A stretch of 64,000 nucleotides of DNA from Phormidesmis sp. Lineage in GTDB: Bacteria; Cyanobacteriota; Cyanobacteriia; Leptolyngbyales; Leptolyngbyaceae. Shown one piece after another: positions 21,408 through 30,480 of the stretch. The translations under genes were made by a program, and so were the position numbers. Location: positions 1,856,001 to 1,920,000 of the forward strand of contig CBDFJR010000002.1 of NCBI GenBank assembly GCA_965248535.1. The letters are read 5' to 3'. The notes under the pieces were generated by a model that was not told the DNA's origin, searched no databases, and saw only the letters and a list, made by a program, of their open reading frames with translations. The stretch's first letter is position 1; each line of letters starts with the position of its first letter.

Positions 21408-23018
21408 ATGCCGCTGCCCCGACTTTTGACGCTGATCTTTGGTCTCACGCTCATTTTGGGGCTAATGATTTGGCTGATCGATTCGCTTTCTCGGTTGTCT
21501 TGGCAACTGGCTTACTATCCGTTGCTGGGGCCGATTTTGATCTTCTTGATCATTGCCCTGCTAGGCGTGTTGATTGCAGCCTTTGTCTACTATTTCTTTT
21601 GGCTGCCTCGTCAACAACAGCAGCGTAAACGCTCTCGCCGCACTGCTCCCAGGGTTTCACCCGTCAAAGCAGAAGCCGCCGAAGAAAATCTCAAAGCGGT
21701 GCGGCAGCAGTTAAAGCAGATTCAAGACGAGGTGACACGGCGAGAGATGTTGACGCGATCGCGCGAGATCGAGCAAAATCTCGCCCGTGGTGAACTGATG
21801 GTCGTCGTCTTTGGCACGGGATCGGCGGGCAAAACCTCAGTGGTGAATGCGCTGATGGGGCGAATGGTGGGCAAGGTCGGCGCTCCGATGGGCACAACCG
21901 AGGTCGGAGAAACCTATCGACTGAAATTAAAGGGAGTCGATCGAGAAATTTTGATCACTGACACGCCGGGAATTCTAGAAGCAGGCGTAGCCGGAACCGA
22001 ACGGGAAAAACTCGCTCGACGACTGGCGACGGAGGCAGACTTGCTGCTGTTTGTATTGGATAACGATCTGCGGCAGTCAGAATATGACCCGATGAAAATG
22101 TTGGCGGAGATTGGCAAACGCTCGATCGTGGTGGTCAACAAAGCCGATCTCTATCGAGAAGAGGATTTAGAAACCATTCTGGCTCGGCTGCGCGAACGGG
22201 TGCGTGGGGTGGTCTCGACTCTTGACGTGATCTCGATCGCCGCCAATCCTCAAGCAGCCAAACTTGACACCGGAGAAACGATTCAGCCCGATGCTGACAT
22301 CATGCCGTTAATTAGACGGATGGCGGCAATTTTGAGGGCAGAAGGCGAAGACCTGCTGGCCGACAATATTTTGCTGCAATCGCAGCGGCTAGGTGAAGAG
22401 GCCCGTCGTTTAATTGACGGTCAACGGCGACGACAGGCTGAAAAAATCGTCGAGCGGTTTCAGTGGATCGGGGCAGGCGTGATTGCAGTGACTCCGCTTC
22501 CGGTGGTGGATCTGTTGGCAACGGCTGCGGTCAATGCCCAAATGGTGGTCGAGATTGGCAGAGTTTATGGCTGCGAAATCAACATGGAGCGCGGGCGAGA
22601 AATGGCCCTATCGCTGGCTAAAACTCTGGTGAGTTTAGGCGTGGTCAAAGGCGCGATCGAGCTTCTCAGCACGGCCCTACAACTGAGCGTCGGCGGATTT
22701 CTCTTCGGGCGCGCTATTCAGGGCATCAGTGCGGCTTATCTGACTCGCATCGCAGGCAAAAGCTTTATTGAATACTTCCGGCATGACCAAGATTGGGGCG
22801 ATGGCGGCATTACTGAAGTGGTGCAGCGCCAGTTTCAACTCAATCGTCGCGACGAGTTTATCAAGTCCTTTGTGCAAGACGCGATCAAAAAAGTGATCCG
22901 ACCCTTGCAGCTTGAAGCCAAAATCGAAGACGATGACGAACCCGGTGCCCTTGTGCAGAGAGAGCCAGAACCCCTAGAAATGGAACCCCTCGAAGAGACG
23001 ATCGACGATTGGCGTTAA
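21408..23018 (+). CDS. Membrane-anchored GTP-binding protein with DUF697/YcjF domain
   Basis: Two N-terminal TMs, GTGSAGKTS, DTPG, NKAD, VTPLPVVDLL. Confidence 0.85.
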   Translation: MPLPRLLTLIFGLTLILGLMIWLIDSLSRLSWQLAYYPLLGPILIFLIIALLGVLIAAFVYYFFWLPRQQQQRKRSRRTAPRVSPVKAEAAEENLKAVRQQLKQIQDEVTRREMLTRSREIEQNLARGELMVVVFGTGSAGKTSVVNALMGRMVGKVGAPMGTTEVGETYRLKLKGVDREILITDTPGILEAGVAGTEREKLARRLATEADLLLFVLDNDLRQSEYDPMKMLAEIGKRSIVVVNKADLYREEDLETILARLRERVRGVVSTLDVISIAANPQAAKLDTGETIQPDADIMPLIRRMAAILRAEGEDLLADNILLQSQRLGEEARRLIDGQRRRQAEKIVERFQWIGAGVIAVTPLPVVDLLATAAVNAQMVVEIGRVYGCEINMERGREMALSLAKTLVSLGVVKGAIELLSTALQLSVGGFLFGRAIQGISAAYLTRIAGKSFIEYFRHDQDWGDGGITEVVQRQFQLNRRDEFIKSFVQDAIKKVIRPLQLEAKIEDDDEPGALVQREPEPLEMEPLEETIDDWR

Positions 23019-23174
23019 ACCCACTGACGTTAAATCCAAGGGCAATAATTCCAAAATAGGCGCGGGGATCATCTCACCCCGCATATCTAAAAACTGCACC
23101 AGCACCAGATAGCCGATGCCCAAAATTAGCGCGATCGCGCCCGTCACATAAGCCACAAACTTCGAGCGATCCAT
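22974..23174 (-). CDS. Small conserved cyanobacterial membrane protein
   Basis: MDRSKFVAYVTGAIALILGIGYLVLVQFLDMRGEMIPAP; single TM. Confidence 0.7.
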   Translation of the reverse strand: MDRSKFVAYVTGAIALILGIGYLVLVQFLDMRGEMIPAPILELLPLDLTSVGLTPIVDRLFEGFHF

Positions 23175-23204
23175 AAAATTACTAAAAATCACAAACGACT
23201 ATAA

Positions 23205-23358
23205 ATCTCTCTGCTAGAGAACAGAATGTAAGGGCATGGCACCGCCGTGCCCATGAGATCTCTCTGCTAGAGAACAGAATGTAAGGGCATGGCATCGCCG
23301 TGCCCATGAGATCTCTCTGCTAGAGAACAGAATGTAAGGGCATGGCACCGCCGTGCCC
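23205..23358. repeat. Tandem array of three 53-bp units, each containing a REP-like palindrome
   Basis: Unit ATCTCTCTGCTAGAGAACAGAATGTAAGGGCATGGCACCGCCGTGCCCATGAG starts at 23205, 23258 and 23311 (last unit truncated; one C>T in the unit 2 loop). Confidence 0.95.
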
Positions 23359-23507
23359 GTGGCCTGCGCCACCCACAAATATGGCTTCATCCGCCCTCCT
23401 AAGTCTAAGCAAGATTCGCCAACCTCGGATCTATCTCCTCAAAATCAGCCGAAACAGAAATCCGATAAAGTGGTTTAATGTCGTCTACACCTTGCTGACG
23501 AGACGAG

Positions 23508-24488
23508 ATGGATGCTGCCGTAGATTTACCGAGTCAACCGCCTGAGAACGATCGCCCGATCGTGATTCAAACCTACGACCTGAGCAAACGCTACCGAACT
23601 GGATTTTGGATGAATCAGACGGTGGCATCGCTCAAAACCGTTAACCTGACGGTCTATAAAGGTGAAACCTTTGGGCTGTTGGGTCAAAATGGCGCAGGCA
23701 AAACCACCCTGCTCAAAACGCTTTTAGGAATCGTGCGCCAAACGTCTGGGCGGGCAACGCTATTAGGAGAGCCTCTGGGCGATCGTGTCGTTAAACAGCG
23801 CATCGGCTATCTGCCCGAAAATCCCTATTTCTATGACTATCTGACGGGTTGGGAGATTTTGAAGTTTGCGGCCGGGTTATTTCAGGTGCCACGATCGGTG
23901 CAGCGCAAACGCATCCCCGAACTGCTTGACCTGGTGGGCTTGTCTCACGCGACCGCCCGCAAAAAGCAACTGCGACAATATTCTAAGGGAATGCTGCAAC
24001 GCATTGGCATGGCCCAGGCTCTCATCAACGATCCAGAATTGGTGTTTTTAGATGAGCCGATGTCAGGTTTAGATCCGCTCGGACGCTATCAACTGCGAGA
24101 AATTATTCTGTCTCTCAAGTCTCAAGGCAAGACAATTTTTTTTAACAGTCACGTCTTGTCGGATGTCGAAAAGATCTGCGATCGTGTCGCCATTCTCGCC
24201 CAAGGAGAATTGATTTCGGTCGGCTCGTTGCAAGATCTGTTGGGCACTGCCGACACTTATCAAGTCAAAGTCAAAGGCGGAAACCCCGACGTGCTCAAGC
24301 AGTGGATCGTTGATTTAGAATTTCAAGAAGGCTATTGGCGGGGACATCTCAAGGGCGATCCCCAAGATTTCATAGCCAGCCTGCGATTGATGAGAGCGCA
24401 GTTGATTTCAATTCAGTTAGCTCGCCCGTCGCTCGAAGAGTTTTTTGTGCAACAGTTGCACGATCGTGGCATTCACTCCAGCAGTTAA
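23508..24488 (+). CDS. ABC-2 type transporter ATP-binding protein
   Basis: GQNGAGKTT, YSKGMLQRIG, LDEPMSGLDP. Confidence 0.9.
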   Translation: MDAAVDLPSQPPENDRPIVIQTYDLSKRYRTGFWMNQTVASLKTVNLTVYKGETFGLLGQNGAGKTTLLKTLLGIVRQTSGRATLLGEPLGDRVVKQRIGYLPENPYFYDYLTGWEILKFAAGLFQVPRSVQRKRIPELLDLVGLSHATARKKQLRQYSKGMLQRIGMAQALINDPELVFLDEPMSGLDPLGRYQLREIILSLKSQGKTIFFNSHVLSDVEKICDRVAILAQGELISVGSLQDLLGTADTYQVKVKGGNPDVLKQWIVDLEFQEGYWRGHLKGDPQDFIASLRLMRAQLISIQLARPSLEEFFVQQLHDRGIHSSS

Positions 24489-24498
24489 CCAGATTTTT

Positions 24499-25266
24499 AT
24501 GAATTCCCCAACGCCCGTCCTTTCTGCTTCGGGATTGATCAAAAGCTTTGGCGGCGTGATGGCGGTCAACAACGCCTCGATCGAGGTCGCTCCCGGCAGC
24601 GTCACCGGGTTGATCGGCCCCAATGGCGCGGGCAAAACGACGCTGTTTAATCTGCTGTCTAACTTTATCCATCCTGACCAGGGGCAGGTGCTGTTTGACG
24701 GAGAGCCGATTCAAAATTTGCAGCCTCACCAAATCGCTCAACGGGGCATGGTTCGGACGTTTCAGGTTGCCCGCGTGCTGTCTCGCCTGTCGGTTTTAGA
24801 AAATTTGCTGTTAGCGGCTCAACACCAGACAGGGGAAAAATTTTGGAGCACCTGGTTTTTAGGCAAACAGATCGCCAAAGAGGAGCGAGAAGCCCGCGAT
24901 CGGGCCATGGAAATCTTAGAATCGGTCGGGCTGGCAGCCAAAGCCCAAGACTATGCGGGTGGGTTGTCGGGCGGACAGCGCAAATTATTAGAGATTGCCC
25001 GATCGCTGATGACCCGTCCAAAACTTGTGCTGCTCGATGAGCCTGCGGCGGGAGTTAATCCCACTTTGATCAACCAAATCTGCGAATACATTCACTACTG
25101 GAACCGTCAGGGACTGTCTTTTTTGATCATCGAACACAACATGGATGTGATTATGACGTTGTGCGATCGCGTTTGGGTGCTCGCTGAGGGCAGCAATCTC
25201 GCTGTTGGCTCTCCCAGTGAGATTCAAACCAATGCTCAGGTTTTAGAAGCCTATTTGGGACAGTGA
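24499..25266 (+). CDS. Branched-chain/neutral amino acid ABC transporter ATP-binding protein (LivG/NatA type)
   Basis: GPNGAGKTT, RTFQVAR, LSGGQRK, LDEPAAGVNP, EAYLG. Confidence 0.9.
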   Translation: MNSPTPVLSASGLIKSFGGVMAVNNASIEVAPGSVTGLIGPNGAGKTTLFNLLSNFIHPDQGQVLFDGEPIQNLQPHQIAQRGMVRTFQVARVLSRLSVLENLLLAAQHQTGEKFWSTWFLGKQIAKEEREARDRAMEILESVGLAAKAQDYAGGLSGGQRKLLEIARSLMTRPKLVLLDEPAAGVNPTLINQICEYIHYWNRQGLSFLIIEHNMDVIMTLCDRVWVLAEGSNLAVGSPSEIQTNAQVLEAYLGQ

Positions 25267-25341
25267 TCCCCAAGAGTTTGAGCAGTGGTTTAGAGAATAG
25301 GAACGGTATGATTGAAGAGAAGTTAATTTATGTAACGTTCT

Positions 25342-25956
25342 TTGACTGCCACCTTTAAACCCACCGATAGCGTCATTCTGCCCACTAGCTGGAACTGTCT
25401 CAATCCCGTTTGGCAGGGCAACGATCGCGACGTTCAGCAAGGTTTGCCCCACAGCCAGTTAGCCCCCACCTGGCAAATGCTGCTGCTAGGAGATGGTTCC
25501 CCAACTCGTCACCTGCAACTCTTGACAGGCGAACCGACGGAAGTAGACGTGATCGATATGTCTACGATCGGGTTCGATCTCGACAATGCCCCTGCCTCGA
25601 TCGAGCGTGTGCCCGGCCCGCGAGTGCGGCGACAAGTTTGGCTGAGAACTGCCTCTGGGCAACGATTAGCCTATGCCACCTCTTGGTGGGAGCAAAGCCA
25701 CGTTGATGACTATTTGCAGAACCGATCGCTGCCCATCTGGGCCAGTCTCGCCCGGCTGCGAACTGAGCTATATCGAGACGTGCAGGGCATTTGCTATGGT
25801 CACTCTAGCGCCCTAGAAACCGCCTTTGAGCAATCGGGTGCTTTTTGGGGACGACACTATCTTTTCTGGCACCACGGGCAGCCTCTGACTTTGATCTACG
25901 AAGTGTTTTCACCCTACTTACAGAAATATCTGGGTGAAATGCAGCTTCCTCCTTAA
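25342..25956 (+). CDS. Chorismate pyruvate-lyase family protein (DUF98/Ycf21)
   Basis: LLGDGSPTRHL, RRQVWL, LAYATSWW, LIYEVFSP. Confidence 0.85.
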   Translation: MTATFKPTDSVILPTSWNCLNPVWQGNDRDVQQGLPHSQLAPTWQMLLLGDGSPTRHLQLLTGEPTEVDVIDMSTIGFDLDNAPASIERVPGPRVRRQVWLRTASGQRLAYATSWWEQSHVDDYLQNRSLPIWASLARLRTELYRDVQGICYGHSSALETAFEQSGAFWGRHYLFWHHGQPLTLIYEVFSPYLQKYLGEMQLPP

Positions 25957-26552
25957 GCGTCCCGAACTGTTCTGAGATAGCGAGGGCGGCAGGGAGTCCC
26001 CCAACAAACCTGCTGTTCTGGCAGTGACGAAAAAACGCTGCTTCTGGCTCCTACTAAAGCGTTGGCTCCAATCTCAACACCTGCCCCGATAAAGCAATCC
26101 GTGGCGATCCAGACTCCGTTGCCGATGGCGATCGCAGCCGTCACCAGCCCAAATCTAGGATCTTGAGGGTCATGACTCCCGGTGCACAAATAGCTTTTTT
26201 GAGAAATCACACACTGCTCACCGATCTGAATCGACTCCAAACTATAGAAAACTACGTCATCGCCGATCCAGCTATAGTCCCCGATCGTCACCTTCCACGG
26301 ATAGGTAAACCGAGCCGTCGGACGAATCAGCACCGCTTTGCCAATTTTTGCCCCAAACAGCCGCAACAGATGACATCGCACCGAGTTCAACGGGTGAGGA
26401 GTCAACGGAAACACGACCCCTTGCACGAGCCACCACAGCAGCACATACCAACCGGGGCGGCCACGATCGAAGCCAGTCTGGTCATAGTGTCGCAAGTCAA
26501 TGAGGGGTTTTACAGCCAAAACCGGGGGACGTTCTGCCGATTCTTCATCCAT
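25953..26552 (-). CDS. hpsU: WcaF-like hormogonium polysaccharide acetyltransferase
   Basis: DLRHYDQ..DRGRPGW..LWW, LRLFGAKIG, YPWK, LCTGSHD; hexapeptide repeats; downstream of a GT2 gene. Confidence 0.8.
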   Translation of the reverse strand: MDEESAERPPVLAVKPLIDLRHYDQTGFDRGRPGWYVLLWWLVQGVVFPLTPHPLNSVRCHLLRLFGAKIGKAVLIRPTARFTYPWKVTIGDYSWIGDDVVFYSLESIQIGEQCVISQKSYLCTGSHDPQDPRFGLVTAAIAIGNGVWIATDCFIGAGVEIGANALVGARSSVFSSLPEQQVCWGTPCRPRYLRTVRDA

Positions 26553-26554
26553 TG

Positions 26555-27315
26555 TTATGCCGCCTGAGTCATCGATAGTGATGTAGTGATGAATTTATAC
26601 ATATACTTGGGAGTTGAGTTATTTTGAGATTGTTGAAAAGATGATTATGTTAAAAAGCGTAGATTGATTTGTAGAGGTAGATTGCAATGAACCATGAGAA
26701 ACGTCTCACAGCGATGCTCATACCGTTTTATCTAGGAGAGGAGCAAGATCCAGAAGGACGGATGATTCAAGATATGTGGGCATGGGATTTTGAAGACCTA
26801 GAATGTGCTCATGATTACATCCAGTGGTTGTTCCCAATCTCGGAGAAGAGTGCGTTTAACATGGATGCACCCGTTGTAGATGAAGAAGTTATTCAAGCGT
26901 TTCAAAGTGATCAACGCTTGCATCAAAATTTACTGAAATCGTTTACGGTCATGCTTCGGTTTTATGGGTTGCAGTGCGATCGGAAGGAAACGGAAAAAGC
27001 AGTTGTTAGTCGCTCAGAAGACTATCCAATGCGTAAGCGTGAATGGGTATGCAGGTTTGACCACAATTATCTTCGGATTACCCGTATCTTAAAATGCCTA
27101 ATGACATTCGGTTTGGAAGACGAAGCACGAGCATTTTATGAATGCTTGCGACAAATCTACCGTGAAGACAGTGATCAGATTGGAGGGGAGACATTTCAGT
27201 ATTGGGCAAATGCAGTCAAACCCAGCGTGGCAGCATAACAATCCGCTTGCACGCCGACTCTATGAATATAGGTGGTTGAGTTCGAGAGGTTCTTAGCAGC
27301 GAGTGAAGCGGAACG
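26555..27315 (+). mobile_element. Solitary integron-type gene cassette (OGFr-domain gene + attC)
   Basis: Starts at G|TTATGC (26554-26560), complementary to GCATAAC (27233-27239), which contains the ORF stop; ends at G|TT (27315-27317). Removing it rejoins stop-AGGAG-ATG of the GT2-hpsU operon. Confidence 0.85.
26687..27238 (+). CDS. Opioid growth factor receptor (OGFr)-domain protein, cassette cargo
   Basis: LECAHDYIQWLFP, MLRFYG, HNYLRITRILKCL motifs; no perfect HIP1 site; AT-rich 5' region. Confidence 0.85.
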   Translation: MNHEKRLTAMLIPFYLGEEQDPEGRMIQDMWAWDFEDLECAHDYIQWLFPISEKSAFNMDAPVVDEEVIQAFQSDQRLHQNLLKSFTVMLRFYGLQCDRKETEKAVVSRSEDYPMRKREWVCRFDHNYLRITRILKCLMTFGLEDEARAFYECLRQIYREDSDQIGGETFQYWANAVKPSVAA

Positions 27316-27317
27316 TT
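27233..27317 (+). other. attC recombination site
   Basis: R'' GCATAAC, 5 nt, L'' GCTTGCAC (one unpaired base) ... L' GTGAAGC, 5 nt, GTT; TCCGCTT/AAGCGGA extends the stem. Confidence 0.85.
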
Positions 27318-27324
27318 CTCCTCG

Positions 27325-28266
27325 TCAAGATTCGGTTTGGGCAACGGCTTGAGAAGTCACTCCAGAAGACTCGGTTTTGCTCGTATTTAAGGTGCCGCCA
27401 CACTGCCGCAGTTCGTAGAGTTTTACGCCAATTTGATATTCATATTGGCTCAACAATCGTCCGTAAATGTAGCCTGCTTTTCCGTCTAAAAAGCCTAACC
27501 GGAAGATGTAGAAAAGAACAAATCGTAAGAGCGGCTTAAATGGAAGTCTGACCCAAATGTTCTTTAAAAATCGCTTGCGCTGCACAGCATTGCCAAAGAA
27601 ATTGGCTCCGATCGTGCCCTGCTCACTCTTGCCCATCAGCAGATTTAAATAAACTTGGGCCTCCCAATTTGAGTAGCGGTTGTGTCGCTCTAGCCAGTGA
27701 TAGAGATCTTTAAAGTCGATGTGCAGCATATCTTGCTTGAGATAGCCAACTTTTCCCGACAAGATGACGTGCTCATGCACCTCGTTATCGCCCGTGTTGC
27801 GAATCTCCTCCGTTTTCAGGTTTTCATAGCGCCCGTGAGAATGGCGAAACAATCGCAGATTCCAATCAGGATATTTGCCGCCGTAGCGAATCCATTGACC
27901 GAGAAAAAAGACTTTGCGATTCAGATAATAGCCCTCACACTCCGATTGCTGAATCGCCGTCTCGATTTCGTCCCAGAGTTCCGGGGGAATGCGCTCATCA
28001 CAATCGACAATCAGCACCCACTCATTGCGAAACGGCAGATTTTCGAGCGACCAGTTTTTCTTCTTCGGCCAACGGCCATTAAATTGAAACTGCACCACCT
28101 GAGCGCCGTAGTTTTGAGCAATCTCGATCGAGCGATCGCGGCTCTGAGAATCGACCACAAACACCTCATCGGCTCTGGCGACACTTTCAAGACACGCCGG
28201 GAGGTTGGCTTCTTCGTTAAGAGCCGGGATGAGCACCGAAACCGGAATTTTGGGCTTAGAGTTCAT
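27325..28266 (-). CDS. Glycosyltransferase family 2
   Basis: VSVLIPALNEE, VVDSQSRD, WVLIVDCDE, EVHEH. Confidence 0.92.
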   Translation of the reverse strand: MNSKPKIPVSVLIPALNEEANLPACLESVARADEVFVVDSQSRDRSIEIAQNYGAQVVQFQFNGRWPKKKNWSLENLPFRNEWVLIVDCDERIPPELWDEIETAIQQSECEGYYLNRKVFFLGQWIRYGGKYPDWNLRLFRHSHGRYENLKTEEIRNTGDNEVHEHVILSGKVGYLKQDMLHIDFKDLYHWLERHNRYSNWEAQVYLNLLMGKSEQGTIGANFFGNAVQRKRFLKNIWVRLPFKPLLRFVLFYIFRLGFLDGKAGYIYGRLLSQYEYQIGVKLYELRQCGGTLNTSKTESSGVTSQAVAQTES

Positions 28267-28448
28267 GAGTACAAAAAATTAGGCGTGAACGCAACCCAGG
28301 ATTTAACTAAACTAATATAGCTCTACCCCTGAATTGATGTTTTTTAGTGTTCCCATCTGTCAGCCTTTCAAAAACAATGCCCAGCGCTTGATCGGGCAGA
28401 GACTGATGGATAATAAGGTTTCTCACCCCTCATCCTTGATTTCTACCT

Positions 28449-29135
28449 ATGCTGCCCTGGTATATCAATAATGAACTTCTGCTGATCCTGGCTTATGTGC
28501 TGGGTTCGCTGCCGACGGGCTATCTAGCCGGCCGGTTGCTCAAAGGCATTGATATTCGAGAAGTCGGCTCAGGGTCAACGGGGGCAACCAACGTTTTGCG
28601 AAACTTGGGGAAAGCGCCCGCGATCGTGGTCTTACTCATCGATGTTTTAAAAGGAGTGTTGGCGATCGAGGCAGTCAATTTTGCCTTTACTCGGCTCCCC
28701 GGCTGGCTCTATTACACCAAAGTGGTCGATGTGAATCTGATCCACTGGCAGCCCTGGATGATTATTGGGGCGGGGCTACTGGCCCTATTGGGTCACAGCA
28801 AACCGATCTGGCTCAACTTCAAAGGCGGCAAATCGGTGGCCACCAGCATCGGCGTTTTGTTAGCGATGGATTGGCGAGTCGGGTTAAGCACGATCGCCAT
28901 CTTTTCAGTCAGCATTGCCTTTAGTCGCATTGTCTCCCTAAGCTCGATCACGGGGGCGATCAGCGTCACAGCGTTCATGATCGCATTTCGTCAGCCCTTA
29001 CCCTATTGCTTATTTGCGATCTCGGGTGGAATTTACGTGATCTGGCTCCATCGCGCTAACGTTCAGCGATTGCTGATCGGCACCGAACCCCAAATCGGAC
29101 AAGCGATCCCGGAGCCACCCGGAGACGGCAGCTAG
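28449..29135 (+). CDS. plsY: Glycerol-3-phosphate acyltransferase
   Basis: GSGSTGATNVLR, DVLKG, GH, KGGKSVAT, HRANVQRL. Confidence 0.95.
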   Translation: MLPWYINNELLLILAYVLGSLPTGYLAGRLLKGIDIREVGSGSTGATNVLRNLGKAPAIVVLLIDVLKGVLAIEAVNFAFTRLPGWLYYTKVVDVNLIHWQPWMIIGAGLLALLGHSKPIWLNFKGGKSVATSIGVLLAMDWRVGLSTIAIFSVSIAFSRIVSLSSITGAISVTAFMIAFRQPLPYCLFAISGGIYVIWLHRANVQRLLIGTEPQIGQAIPEPPGDGS

Positions 29136-29140
29136 ACAGC

Positions 29141-30316
29141 TTACTGTTTGGACTGCGGAGTAATCTGCAACTCAACCCTGCCCCCATTGACAGCGACTTG
29201 CTGATCGTCAAGTTTACCCGATGCTTTTGGGCCTGCCAGACTAAACGGCGGATTTTCTTGGCGATAGTTGACGTTTCCCGTCGCTTCAAACTGCTGAGTT
29301 GTGATCAGCCAGAGCACCCGATCGGCATCCAACTTCGACTGATTTTTCTGACCGATGCCCCGGACGTTGCCCACGAGATCAACGGTGTTTTTCTGCAAGT
29401 CCATTTGGCCTTGATTGGCATTCAACGTGACTTGCTGAGGTGGATTGAGAATCGTAATCGGCTGGCTAGAGGTGAGGGTTTGCAAGTCCAAATTCCAGAG
29501 CAAACTATTGCTGCTGACTTGCACCCCCTTTTCTTTAAAGTCCAGTTGAGCATTTTGCTGAAGATTGACGGTTTTGGCCTTCAAATCTACGGTGCCTTTG
29601 TCAGCAGAACCACGATCGCTCAACACCCCGTTTTTATATTGCTCAATTTGCAGGGGACGATCGCCGATCACCGTCTCGCCTTTGATATCCCACGTCAGGT
29701 GCTCGGTTTTGATCTGAAGATCAGGGCTTTTAGAAGCCGCCACAATCTGACGAAATAGCTCCATCGTTCGACCACGGGTTAAAACGCGGCCTTCTTGAGC
29801 CGAAAACTGCATCTGTTTGTGGGTGCCCGTGACGTGATCGCGAACAAATAACACATCCTCAGTAGGTCGCCACTCTAGCTCATCGCCCTTTAAAATCGTG
29901 CCGTCTCGGATATCGGTGGCGATTATTTTTCCCTTTAGGAAAATAGACTTGCCATCGCCTTTGACTTCGCCTGTAGATGCCGCAATCTGAAAAACTGGTT
30001 TGCCATCTTGATAAAGCTCCCCCTTGGGGTCTTGAATCACCGCACTTTTCTGATCTTTGCTATAGCTGGCCTGCTTGGCTTTTACCTTCCACCAGAGTTT
30101 TCCGCGATCGTCGGCTTGCTCTAGGGTGACATCGTTAAAGGTGGCGTTGCTGTCAAATCGCTGAATTTCTTTGGTGTCTGCTCTCAGTTTGTCAGCCGTC
30201 TGGTTGCGGTTGACACACCCCCCTATCCCCATGAGTAAGGACATTGAGAGCAAATTGAGGGCGATCGCTCGCTGTAAAAGGCTCGTTTTAATCGCAGTCA
30301 GCATAAAAATCATCAA
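29141..30316 (-). CDS. lptC: LPS export periplasmic protein LptC (cyanobacterial multi-repeat form)
   Basis: Lipobox-like IGGC; repeated beta-jellyroll segments (VTLEQAD..GKLWWKV); metG-NYN-lptC gene order. Confidence 0.8.
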   Translation of the reverse strand: MMIFMLTAIKTSLLQRAIALNLLSMSLLMGIGGCVNRNQTADKLRADTKEIQRFDSNATFNDVTLEQADDRGKLWWKVKAKQASYSKDQKSAVIQDPKGELYQDGKPVFQIAASTGEVKGDGKSIFLKGKIIATDIRDGTILKGDELEWRPTEDVLFVRDHVTGTHKQMQFSAQEGRVLTRGRTMELFRQIVAASKSPDLQIKTEHLTWDIKGETVIGDRPLQIEQYKNGVLSDRGSADKGTVDLKAKTVNLQQNAQLDFKEKGVQVSSNSLLWNLDLQTLTSSQPITILNPPQQVTLNANQGQMDLQKNTVDLVGNVRGIGQKNQSKLDADRVLWLITTQQFEATGNVNYRQENPPFSLAGPKASGKLDDQQVAVNGGRVELQITPQSKQ

Positions 30317-30480
30317 AACGCTCGTAAAATCTTAGACGCGATCGGGCGCTAAAATGCTCCCTGGTTAGCTCCTAGCTTTCTCCCACCCCATTTAAAAATA
30401 CTCATAAAAATGGGGGAGTGTGGAATCTCCATCACGCCCCTACTCTAGCTTTAGCAGAGAATCATCGCTGATCGCGCCTA

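Noticed and set aside
23205..23358. CRISPR array
   Set aside because: Units are identical end to end with no variable spacers, and there are no cas genes in the window.
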